Shown one piece after another: positions 37,900 through 45,651 of a DNA stretch of 64,000 nt. The DNA is from Clostridia bacterium (GTDB lineage: Bacteria; Bacillota; Clostridia; Christensenellales; CAG-138). Within the stretch, counting starts at the first letter, position 1, and each line of letters begins with the position of its first letter. Position numbers and translations under genes: made by a program. The notes under the pieces were generated by a model. The model was not told where the DNA came from and ran no database searches. It was given only the letters and a program-made list of their open reading frames with translations. The stretch spans positions 67,275 through 131,274 of the forward strand of contig JAEDIC010000001.1 in NCBI GenBank assembly GCA_016292635.1, read 5' to 3'.

Positions 37900-38011
37900 T
37901 TTAGTAAAAGTGAATTTTATTATCCTTTTAATGGTTTCTGAAACAGCGGTTACGCTATAGTCTGTAATATTGTTATACAAAAATATTCTGTATAGATGGA
38001 GCATTACGTAT

Positions 38012-38155
38012 ATGGCTCATTCCTTTAAGATGATTCAAATAATATTCAATTATTTAATTCTGATTTCAACATATACATTATATGTTTTAGCTATTATCGC
38101 ATTAATCCTATTTATTAAATGCATGTTGCGATATTTAAAAACAAATAACCAGTAA
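38012..38155 (+). CDS. Tiny membrane protein (47 aa).
   Basis: GGAG 10 nt before ATG 38012. One TM, then CMLRYLKTNNQ. Confidence 0.4.
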   Translation: MAHSFKMIQIIFNYLILISTYTLYVLAIIALILFIKCMLRYLKTNNQ

Positions 38156-38243
38156 TCGGTAAGCTGCACAAGTTCTACGTTTCTAGCAGATATAAACATT
38201 AGGTGTTTTGACTAGGTGCAAGAGGATAAACTTTAAGGCAAAA

Positions 38244-38335
38244 GCCGGACGCAGGGCGGTGAGCCGCTTCCTTCCTCGTTTTGAAAGTGGGAGAGAAACG
38301 GGCCTTGAGGGGCAGATAATGGCAATTGTGTTTAA
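38244..38335 (+). pseudogene. Internal fragment homologous to the BlaR1-like gene (30061..30155).
   Basis: GRRAVSRFLPRFESGRETGLEGQIMAIVFN compared with GRRAVGHFMPRFEKGYETGLEGQIMAAVLN. The nucleotide alignment is visible by eye. Confidence 0.6.
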
Positions 38336-38373
38336 TTGCTGCAACAAAATATAAAAATTTGGAGGTTTAGTGT

Positions 38374-38574
38374 ATGCAAGGAGATTTGATTAGAATACTA
38401 TTGTACAGCATTGCGATCTTCATGCTTGGCCTCATTGCAATCAACCTTGCTGAGGAATACTTTATCAAATATATGCTTTTTTCAATAATAATGAGCGGGA
38501 CAACGATTATTACATGTATAGGGTGCTTGCGTAGATTGAAAAGTGATAATATCCGTGATAAAAACAGTGATTAG
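38374..38574 (+). CDS. Small two-TM membrane protein (66 aa).
   Basis: GGAGG RBS. Two hydrophobic segments, then CLRRLKSDNIRD, which resembles the tail of the 38012 ORF. Confidence 0.5.
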   Translation: MQGDLIRILLYSIAIFMLGLIAINLAEEYFIKYMLFSIIMSGTTIITCIGCLRRLKSDNIRDKNSD

Positions 38575-38639
38575 TATATTTGATTTATATTTTTATTGCC
38601 ATGGGATAGCTGGAGAAATGGCTCAATCCCAAATTCTGT

Positions 38640-39211
38640 GTAAACACCAAAATGGCGTAAAATAGAGCAACTATTTATTGGGTGGGAATGCCGGGAAACG
38701 GCATTCCCGCCTTGTGTGCATTCTATCCGGAGCCTGGCGGCATGTCAAGGACAGCCGTAAGGCTGTGCACTTTATCCTTGACAGGATGGCAGGGGCCGGT
38801 TATCCGGGAATCCTGTCTGCAAAGAATATCTCCGGCTGGGAATGGACCGCGCCCCAGTCCTGCCGTCGTCCCGTCCACTTTTTCGTGATGCCAATCATGG
38901 CCAGATGCAGCATTAAGCAGGCTGTCATCCTCTGTCCCATATCTGCTTTTATTTTTCCATATATTTCTTGCCTTCTGTACTTTAGTGCAAATACTATATG
39001 ATATTTGCATCTCCATTTACTGTGTGATAAGCTTTTGATGTCATCTTGCATGACTTAGACCTCCTTTGTTTTGATGTGGTTGGCGGACCTTCATCATTCT
39101 ATCATTGGGGGTCTACTGCTTGAAGCTTTTTATTCCACCAGCATAGCTGGTGGTTGTTTTTCGCTGAAGCTACAAACACTATGTGCACAACATCACTGTT
39201 GTGCACATAGA
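38640..39211 (-). mobile_element. IS200/IS605-family element remnant. Boundaries are approximate.
   Basis: A degraded tnpA flanked by a 10-bp-stem hairpin (38684-38708) and a 9-bp-stem hairpin (39183-39206). There are no terminal inverted repeats, as expected for this family. Confidence 0.5.
38800..39051 (-). pseudogene. tnpA: IS200-type Y1 transposase (tnpA), internally deleted or degraded.
   Basis: The N-terminus SLSHSKWRCKYHIVFALKYRRQEIYGKIKAD is the IS200 TnpA signature. The HUH (xDHxHxL) segment is missing. The ORF ends early at 83 aa, and C-terminal similarity continues past an in-frame TAA. Confidence 0.65.
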
Positions 39212-39328
39212 TGGCGGAGAAGGAGGGATTCGCGCGCCAGTCACCCCAGCCTACTCCCTTAGCAGGGGAGATAAGGGTGGCTGTTTCTCTGGGCAAAATA
39301 AGGCTGTGTATGTAGTACGTATGTAATA
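39183..39328 (-). repeat. Repeat unit A: hairpin, tRNA-Ser 3' fragment, and an arm with two 9-mers.
   Basis: Shares with 45385..45710 the hairpin GTGCACAAC-N6-GTTGTGCAC, the tRNA-derived block, and GTATGTAGT-N2-GTATGTA(A/G)T. Confidence 0.75.
39212..39270 (-). pseudogene. tRNA-Ser(GCU) 3' fragment, decayed.
   Basis: The reverse complement reads CTCCC-CTGCTAA-GGGAG..(variable arm)..GAATCCCTCCTTCTCCGCCA. Relative to the copy at 45587, 6 nt (AACCCT on the plus strand) of the T-arm are deleted. There is no acceptor 5' strand (GGAGAAG) upstream. Confidence 0.7.
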
Positions 39329-39499
39329 GATATCTTTGAAATTTCTACATAGCACATCTTTATGTGCGACTTCATAAATGCAGGCTTGCAAATTATTATA
39401 ATATTCCCTTTATTTCTTATCATCACTCCATCAGTAAAACTCTATTTTATTTCACATCCATCTAAATAACACTATATCATCTTCCTCGTTTTTACCACC

Positions 39500-39533
39500 T
39501 GAGCAATTTTTTGCCGTAAACCAATGCTATACT
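39500..39533 (+). promoter_or_regulatory. Conserved bipartite promoter-like module, copy 1.
   Basis: TGAGCAATTTTTTG-N11-TGCTATACT (extended -10, TGnTATACT), about 50 nt upstream of the PcfJ-like gene. Same spacing as 41787..41820. Confidence 0.45.
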
Positions 39534-39583
39534 GATATTCCGCTTAAAACAGCCGTATTAAAATCTTACCGGAGGACTGATTT

Positions 39584-41200
39584 GTGAGTGATTGCTTTGC
39601 TTTTGAGATAACCGTTTCCGACGGCTTCATCCTGCAGGAAGAATGTCTTAATATGCCTTTGGATGCAGCTGCTCGCCTGCTTAAAACAAAGCGCAGGCGC
39701 AGATACACCTCTGCTCTTAGGGACAATGATACCGCAATGCTTACACGTCACTTTTTCATCTGTCCTCATTGCCGCCGCAGGACTCCTGCTTATCCTCGCT
39801 TTATTATGTTCCGGAAAGACATTCCTTCTGCAGTTACCCGATGCACAGTAACAACTTGGGCGGATCCTCAGCTGTCGGTTTTTGAAAAAGAAAACACCGT
39901 GCTGTGTCTCAATAAGCCTCTGACAGACCAACATTTTTTCTCCTGCCCTCATTGCGGCATTAGCTCATACCCCGCCTCAGAGTCACACCACATAAACATA
40001 AGCAATCGCAGGGACTGTATCACGCTTTCACATACCACCTTCAGCCTGGATACGCTATATGCCATGCTCCCCGATGAGGATTGCGGTTTATCCTTTCTTC
40101 TCCCTGTCACAGAAAGCGCAGTATTCGATTTTTTCTTAGGAAAGGTATTTCTGCGTATCACAGATAACCGCGGCACTCAGCTTTGCAGCCGGGATATCAC
40201 CTCCATTCCCAGCATATGGGGCCGCAGTACACTGTATCGCCTTCTCTGCAATAACTCCCTTGTGCAACGCAGGCTGCGCCGGCTTTTCGCCTGCCATATG
40301 TCCTTCCCCTTTTTGAATTGCGAGCTTACCGCCCTCCACTTTGTTGCAGCCACTCGCTTTCAGGGCTTTTCCCGCAGCTTTTATGATTCCATACCTTATA
40401 CTGTTAAAACAGGGCATCTTGACGAATCTTTTGATTCCGTATCCGCAGCTTTGAAATGCGCAGCAGATATCCCTTCCCTTTATAAAAAATCCAGACTGCC
40501 TCAGATGAAGTCCATTAAGAAATGCTTTTTTGCCAATACCGGCTTTTTCTTCTATCTTTCGGAAGCTGTATTCCTTTGGAATACCATTAAAGACCCCAAT
40601 CTCTTTCGTACTCTGTTGGTGTCGCCCGGAATATATCGGCTTTTTGCCTTTCTGCACCAGTTCCCGGGAACAACGGTTTTCTTCGGTGATTATGCTGAAA
40701 GACATGGTAAAAAGTCCCTGACTGACCTTCTTGTGAACCTCTCGGATACTGTTAAGCAATTTGCAATACAGTATTCCGCTATGAATACTGCTGCCCGAAA
40801 CCATGAACCCTTTCTCTTTGAAAGGCATGATAATATACCTGGATATGTTCTCCCCCTCGCCTACTCGGTTCCGGTACATTCACCTGCCAGGCGATTTATA
40901 CATAATACCTCCATCGACGGCTACTGCTTTGACTGCCTCAGAAGCACAAGGGATTATACCTTCGCAGGTCAAGCACTGAACAACTGTCTGAACGCCTCTT
41001 ATCCCCAGGACAATACAGTAATATGCATAAAAAGGAATTCTGAAATTATAGCAGCCATAGAAGTTAACGGAGATACCGTGCTGCAGGCACGGACCCACGG
41101 CAATGCAGACATAGATAAAAGCCCTGCTATTTACAAAGCTTTTAAAAAATGGATGCGGCACAATTCCCTCCGTATCAGCCTTGAATCGGCCGATGCATAA
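39584..41200 (+). CDS. PcfJ-like protein (conjugative-plasmid-type).
   Basis: GTG start 8 nt after GGAGG. C-terminal block GQALNNCLNASYP..ICIKRNSEIIAAIEVNGDTVLQARTHGN resembles the PcfJ-like domain. CxxC pairs lie near the N-terminus. Confidence 0.5.
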   Translation: MSDCFAFEITVSDGFILQEECLNMPLDAAARLLKTKRRRRYTSALRDNDTAMLTRHFFICPHCRRRTPAYPRFIMFRKDIPSAVTRCTVTTWADPQLSVFEKENTVLCLNKPLTDQHFFSCPHCGISSYPASESHHINISNRRDCITLSHTTFSLDTLYAMLPDEDCGLSFLLPVTESAVFDFFLGKVFLRITDNRGTQLCSRDITSIPSIWGRSTLYRLLCNNSLVQRRLRRLFACHMSFPFLNCELTALHFVAATRFQGFSRSFYDSIPYTVKTGHLDESFDSVSAALKCAADIPSLYKKSRLPQMKSIKKCFFANTGFFFYLSEAVFLWNTIKDPNLFRTLLVSPGIYRLFAFLHQFPGTTVFFGDYAERHGKKSLTDLLVNLSDTVKQFAIQYSAMNTAARNHEPFLFERHDNIPGYVLPLAYSVPVHSPARRFIHNTSIDGYCFDCLRSTRDYTFAGQALNNCLNASYPQDNTVICIKRNSEIIAAIEVNGDTVLQARTHGNADIDKSPAIYKAFKKWMRHNSLRISLESADA

Positions 41201-41274
41201 AACAATTTTTCCGTATGTGCGCCATCCGTATTTATTGATCTCAACGGTATGATTATACCTCAGCCAAAATTTAA

Positions 41275-41301
41275 ACTCCCCCTCGTTAATCGAGGGGGAG
41301 T
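41275..41301. terminator. Bidirectional terminator between convergent genes.
   Basis: ACTCCCCCTCG-TTAAT-CGAGGGGGAGT, an 11-bp stem. The stop codon of the minus-strand ORF lies in the loop. Confidence 0.55.
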
Positions 41302-41741
41302 ATGGTTGACAGGGGGCCGCCGGAGCTTTCCGTGCGCGCCCCTATTTTCCAGTTGTTTTTGTTGAAGGGGCTGCCGTAACCGCTGCAGGTATAATCCCGA
41401 GTCTCGTTATATGGATAGAGATAATCCCTAAAATACCCTCCCACAGTATGCAGGCAGTATTTCGCCTCGTCCTCGGGCCTGAGCGGTTCGTTCAGATACA
41501 CCCGATACACACAGATGTCCTCATCCGGAACAAACCGGTCAGGCAGAGGCTTTACCAGGCATTCCATGAGGTGCTCCCTGCAGTTTTCATCCACCCGATA
41601 TTCCCTCCGAAGCTCACGGCATTCCACCATTGTCTTGCCCTTAAGGCGCACCACCTGGCAGAAAGTATAGGCAGAATACAGCTCGAATGAACTGCTTTTT
41701 ACGAATATATCCCCCACCTGAACATTGTGATTTCTCTCCAT
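41286..41741 (-). CDS. Hypothetical protein.
   Basis: 151 aa with an AAGGAGGG RBS. No family recognised. Confidence 0.55.
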   Translation of the reverse strand: MERNHNVQVGDIFVKSSSFELYSAYTFCQVVRLKGKTMVECRELRREYRVDENCREHLMECLVKPLPDRFVPDEDICVYRVYLNEPLRPEDEAKYCLHTVGGYFRDYLYPYNETRDYTCSGYGSPFNKNNWKIGARTESSGGPLSTILPLD

Positions 41742-41786
41742 AGCACACCCTCCTTTATTTCTGTAATATAGTTATAGCATTATAGG

Positions 41787-41820
41787 TGAGCAATTTTTTG
41801 ACCCCCGCAGTTGCTATGCT
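41787..41820 (+). promoter_or_regulatory. Conserved bipartite promoter-like module, copy 2.
   Basis: TGAGCAATTTTTTG-N11-TGCTATGCT upstream of the WYL gene. It is followed by TTGCCA-18-TATGAT (41822-41851), whose spacer holds CAGGC-N5-GCCTG. Confidence 0.45.
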
Positions 41821-41884
41821 ATTGCCATGGCAGGCGTAATGCCTGTATGATAATATTGATCATATCGGAAAGGATTCTCATAGC

Positions 41885-42892
41885 ATGTCTAATTCCGCTC
41901 CCATCAAGGATAAAGAAGAAAAGAAAATACTGCCCTTTCGCATACTGCAGATACTCAAAGAACACTCGGATGAAAATCACCCCTTGACCTCTTCACAGAT
42001 AATCTCCCGGTTGGATCGCGACTATGGACTCAAGGCCACCCGCAATACCATCCGCAGCAACCTTCATGTGCTCATGGATGCAGGTTATGAAATCAGCACC
42101 TTTGAGGACAACGGCAAAGGCATATATATTGAGGAGGGTGAGCTGCTCCACGAGCAGCTCCGCTGGCTGATTGACAGCGTGCTGAACTGCCGTTATCTTC
42201 CGGAAAACAGGGCGCAGGAACTTATCACCACCCTCAAAAAAATGGGTGGACCTGGCTTCTGCAGCAGCATGGATTACGCCGATGCGTTAAAGCAATGGCC
42301 CCGCCACACTAATCAGGAGTTTTCTTTAAGCCTTGAACTGTTGGAAGAAGCCATTGAAGAAGGCCGCCGTGTCACCTTTAACTACAATCGCATGGACTGC
42401 GACGGCGAGCTCCATCAGTTAGGAAACACCCACCTTGTGCTGCCCATCTGCATATTCCCGGTGAATTATCAGTATTACATGGTAGGATATGACTTTGGAG
42501 CAAATATGCTGCTCCACTACCGTCTGGACAGAATAACCGGGACGAATGTTGCAGAAACGGCCATAGACGATGACAAAAAGCTGAAGCCCCGGGATTTCAA
42601 CGCCGTCCAGTATGCCCGCCAGCACCCTCATATGTACGGCGGAGTGCCCGAACCCATCACCATGAAGATGCCCCGCCGCCTTGCCGGCGCCGTAATGGAC
42701 ACCTTTGGCCCCGCCGCACTCATGCGCCCGCTGGATGAGGAATACATGCAGGTGCGTGTAACAGCAGCGCCTGAGGGCATGCGCTTTTTCGCTCTGCAAT
42801 ACGGTCCAAGCTGCGAGGTGCTGAGCCCCCAAAGCTTGCGTGATATAATTAAACAGGATATAATGGGAATGGTAGAAAAATATTCTGATTAA
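41885..42892 (+). CDS. WYL-domain transcriptional regulator (HTH-WYL-WCX architecture).
   Basis: N-terminal wHTH (FRILQILKEHSDENHPLTSSQI). WYL core VTFNYNR..YYMVGYDFGANMLLHYRLDRITG. Confidence 0.85.
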   Translation: MSNSAPIKDKEEKKILPFRILQILKEHSDENHPLTSSQIISRLDRDYGLKATRNTIRSNLHVLMDAGYEISTFEDNGKGIYIEEGELLHEQLRWLIDSVLNCRYLPENRAQELITTLKKMGGPGFCSSMDYADALKQWPRHTNQEFSLSLELLEEAIEEGRRVTFNYNRMDCDGELHQLGNTHLVLPICIFPVNYQYYMVGYDFGANMLLHYRLDRITGTNVAETAIDDDKKLKPRDFNAVQYARQHPHMYGGVPEPITMKMPRRLAGAVMDTFGPAALMRPLDEEYMQVRVTAAPEGMRFFALQYGPSCEVLSPQSLRDIIKQDIMGMVEKYSD

Positions 42893-42934
42893 GGCGCCAT
42901 AAAACACATCTTTAAAACAAAAGGAGAATTTCAA

Positions 42935-43774
42935 ATGGCAGGTTTTGAGCGTTCGCTTTCGGATGGTCTTATTGCAAAACTTCAAAACGAAAAGATTTTT
43001 ACAGATAAGCTGCTACCAGATATACGTAATGGGAAAGTATTTCCCGCTGTCAGAAATGAAGAAATATCATTTTATTATAAAGGCGGAAGGCTGTTTGCTT
43101 ATGATAAAAACGGGTTTAAAACTCATATAAAATACTGTATAATTCCCGAGTTCCACGACAATTACATTACAGAAACAGAATTAAATAATATCACCATTTC
43201 AACATCATTCTATAATGAGTATGAAGAAATAAAAAAAATATGCGAATTATATAGTGGAGGCGAAGCCAATGCAGTATCTGCCTTATACGAGAACGCCTGT
43301 CTTTCCGATAGCCGAGTTATTTTTCTTGATACAGAGATAGCATTATACACCAATTCAGAAAACGACCGTATCGACTTATTGCTCTATGACATAATTTCCC
43401 GAAAATTGTGCTTCTGTGAAGCAAAGCTTTTTTCCAATCCGGAAATATGGGCTCTTAAATACAAAAAACCGAAAGTATGCAGCCAAATCGACAAGTATGA
43501 TAAAAAAATAAACACTTATTACGATGATATAGTAGCACAATATTCCAATTATATAGGCATCTTAAACAAACTGTTTAGCACAGACCTCCCCGTTCCCACT
43601 TCTCTTCATAAAAAAACAGGATTGCTGATAACCGGCTTTGATAGTTCCCAAAAAGAAAAAATCAAAAACCTTCTTATTGATGATGGTAGTTTAGATGGGA
43701 TTTCCAATTATCGCACCGGCGAACTGAAAAGCAAGCAAATTTCTACACTGTTTAAAAATATTACCAAGGCTTAA
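42935..43774 (+). CDS. Hypothetical protein with a PD-(D/E)XK-like nuclease motif.
   Basis: VIFLDTEIAL..DRIDLLLYDIISRKLCFCEAKLF fits a D..(E)xK core. Visibly AT-rich and Lys/Asn/Ile-rich, unlike its neighbours. Confidence 0.5.
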   Translation: MAGFERSLSDGLIAKLQNEKIFTDKLLPDIRNGKVFPAVRNEEISFYYKGGRLFAYDKNGFKTHIKYCIIPEFHDNYITETELNNITISTSFYNEYEEIKKICELYSGGEANAVSALYENACLSDSRVIFLDTEIALYTNSENDRIDLLLYDIISRKLCFCEAKLFSNPEIWALKYKKPKVCSQIDKYDKKINTYYDDIVAQYSNYIGILNKLFSTDLPVPTSLHKKTGLLITGFDSSQKEKIKNLLIDDGSLDGISNYRTGELKSKQISTLFKNITKA

Positions 43775-43853
43775 ATTACCCACACCATGCCCGACCACAA
43801 ACTTGCGCACCATTCATCTTATACTTATATCACAACAACACAGGAGGTAAATC

Positions 43854-45101
43854 ATGAAGGTTGAAATACTCAGAGGCAAAGAACACATCGGCGGAAATAT
43901 CATAAAGGTGACGGAAGGCGAAACCGCCATACTGCTGGACTGCGGCGCAATGCTGCCCGTCATTGGCGAAGCAAAAGTTGAAGACGTTTTCGACATGGGT
44001 CGAATTGGCAAGGTGGATGCACTTTTCCTCTCCCACCATCATGGGGATCACTCCGGCCTTATGGAAAAGCTGTCTCCTGAGGTGGACCTTTATACCACCG
44101 TCGAGACCGTAACCTTTATGGATAAGCTGGATATGTACATGAACAGACCGCTGCGTACACGTGGAAGGGCGGTTCACAGCCTGTTTGACGGCGAGAGCGT
44201 GACCGTAGGTTCCCTTACAGTCACCCTCTATATTACCGAGCATTCTGCCGAAGGCTCCGCCATGTTCCGTGTGGAGGGCGGCGGCAAAACCCTTCTTTAT
44301 ACCGGAGACTTCAAGCACAGCCTCAACATTCCCCGCGGTGTTGACCTGCTTATTACTGAAGGCACTATGCTCACCAGAGACGGTCAGGCCTATGCCGATG
44401 AGGACGGCGTGGAGATGGCCTTCCGCAGGGTCTTCAGAGAAACCGAGGGCAGGGTATTTGTCCTCACCTCCAGCGCAAACCTGCCCAGAATACGCTCGGT
44501 AATATCCGCAAGAAATCACGACTGTCCGGATGAAATCCGCTATACCAATTATTCATATTCCTCCGGTGATGCTCCCCGCCCCATAATGCAGGATGTATTC
44601 CTCAAGTACATTCTGGAAAACACGGGCCACAAGGAACTTGCCGCACCATATGCATTTATCTGGAACCAGTTCAGCGACAGCCGCAACAAAGCGTATGACC
44701 GCATAGCAAAGCACTACTGCGATACCAATGCCGCTGCAAGCTGCCGCCGCATAAATGACCTTTCCAGAGCAGTGGTATTTATTCGCCCCACCATGGTAGA
44801 TATGCTTGAAAAGCTGATAAACGAGGGCATGGATCTATGTGATGACACACTGGTCTTCTCCATGTGGCGCGGCTATGAGAAGGATCCTAATGTGGCAAGG
44901 CTGCTGACGCTCTTTGACAAGTTTGGTGTACATCCCACATATATCCACACCAGCGGACATGCCGATGCGGCACATATACAAGAATTGATAAACAATGTAA
45001 ACCCCAGAAGGATTGCCTGCATCCACAGCGAAAACTCCGCCATGATAGAAGAAATTGCAGGAGAGATACCCGTAGAAAAGGCCGACGTAATCGAGCTGTA
45101 G
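43854..45101 (+). CDS. MBL-fold metallo-hydrolase of the beta-CASP (RNase J/CPSF-like) type.
   Basis: Motifs: SHHHGDHSG (HxHxDH), TEHS, YTGDF, LITEGT, HTSGHA, CIHSE. Confidence 0.8.
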   Translation: MKVEILRGKEHIGGNIIKVTEGETAILLDCGAMLPVIGEAKVEDVFDMGRIGKVDALFLSHHHGDHSGLMEKLSPEVDLYTTVETVTFMDKLDMYMNRPLRTRGRAVHSLFDGESVTVGSLTVTLYITEHSAEGSAMFRVEGGGKTLLYTGDFKHSLNIPRGVDLLITEGTMLTRDGQAYADEDGVEMAFRRVFRETEGRVFVLTSSANLPRIRSVISARNHDCPDEIRYTNYSYSSGDAPRPIMQDVFLKYILENTGHKELAAPYAFIWNQFSDSRNKAYDRIAKHYCDTNAAASCRRINDLSRAVVFIRPTMVDMLEKLINEGMDLCDDTLVFSMWRGYEKDPNVARLLTLFDKFGVHPTYIHTSGHADAAHIQELINNVNPRRIACIHSENSAMIEEIAGEIPVEKADVIEL

Positions 45102-45133
45102 CGGATTTATATTCGATCCTTAACGGACAAGCC

Positions 45134-45165
45134 AAAGGTCATGCGTAAACAGCATGACCTTTCTT
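45134..45165 (+). terminator. Intrinsic terminator.
   Basis: AAAGGTCATGC-GTAAACA-GCATGACCTTT followed by CTT. Confidence 0.65.
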
Positions 45166-45384
45166 CATTGCAGTTCTTTCTTTATTTTCGGCAGAGAATT
45201 TATTGCCATATTCCTCTGCCCCTGCATGCATTGTCTGCCCAGCCCCCTCTGAATATATGACAATGCTGAACAGAGCCGACGCCTAAAAGAAAACATCTGT
45301 AATGCTGCGGATATCCCATATTGAAACCCGCTAATACAAAATTCATTGAACGTGAAATCCTTCGGTCTTTTCCCAAAACACCAA

Positions 45385-45433
45385 GTGCACAACATTTCTG
45401 TTGTGCACGTAGATGGCGGAGAAGGAGGGATTC
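45385..45433 (-). repeat. Repeat unit B, proximal part: hairpin plus a 20-nt copy of the tRNA-Ser 3' terminus.
   Basis: GTGCACAAC-ATTTCT-GTTGTGCAC, then GTAGA, then TGGCGGAGAAGGAGGGATTC. The same 20-mer recurs at 45587-45606. Confidence 0.75.
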
Positions 45434-45541
45434 CCCCCGGCACTGGGGCAGTGCCGACGCCAGCCCGGGGCGCTGAAAAACCATTCACTGGATGGTTTTT
45501 ACCCGCCACAGGCGGGCCGTTCCCTTCTTATCCCTCCTTCT
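45420..45541. other. A 122-nt multi-hairpin element closed by a 12-bp long-range stem.
   Basis: AGAAGGAGGGAT (45420-45431) pairs with ATCCCTCCTTCT (45530-45541). Internal hairpins lie at 45439-45455, 45476-45500 and 45502-45516. Confidence 0.4.
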
Positions 45542-45554
45542 TTTATGCAGCGCG

Positions 45555-45584
45555 AAAAAGAGACCGCAAATGCGATCTCTTTTT
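45555..45584 (-). terminator. Hairpin directly downstream of the tRNA-Ser fragment.
   Basis: AAAAAGAGA-N12-TCTCTTTTT, with an inner CGC/GCG pairing. It lies 2 nt from the CCA end. Confidence 0.5.
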
Positions 45585-45586
45585 CG

Positions 45587-45651
45587 TGGCGGAGAAGGAG
45601 GGATTCGAACCCTCGCGCCAGTCACCCCAGCCTACTCCCTTAGCAGGGGAG
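45587..45651 (-). pseudogene. tRNA-Ser(GCU) 3' fragment, running from the anticodon stem-loop through CCA.
   Basis: The reverse complement reads CTCCC-CTGCTAA-GGGAG, a long variable arm, GAGGG-TTCGAAT-CCCTC, then CTTCTCC-G-CCA. Upstream sequence lacks a D-arm and the GGAGAAG acceptor strand. Confidence 0.75.

Larger units (their letters stand above)
39212..45586. mobile_element. Putative decayed integrated island 1, bounded by tRNA-Ser fragments.
   Basis: Lies between two same-orientation tRNA-Ser 3' fragments. Cargo is PcfJ-like, WYL and nuclease-like genes. No integrase gene is present. Confidence 0.35.

Noticed and set aside
38678-39016. Plus-strand ORFs 38678-39001 and 38682-38888, and minus-strand ORF 38723-39016.
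   Set aside because: They overlap the degraded IS200 tnpA. Only the 39051-start frame carries the transposase signature.
39212-39328. Whether either tRNA-Ser-like block (here and at 45587-45710) is a complete functional tRNA gene.
   Set aside because: Neither copy has a D-arm or the GGAGAAG acceptor 5' strand upstream. The 39.2-kb copy also lacks 6 nt of the T-arm. I treat them as fragments.
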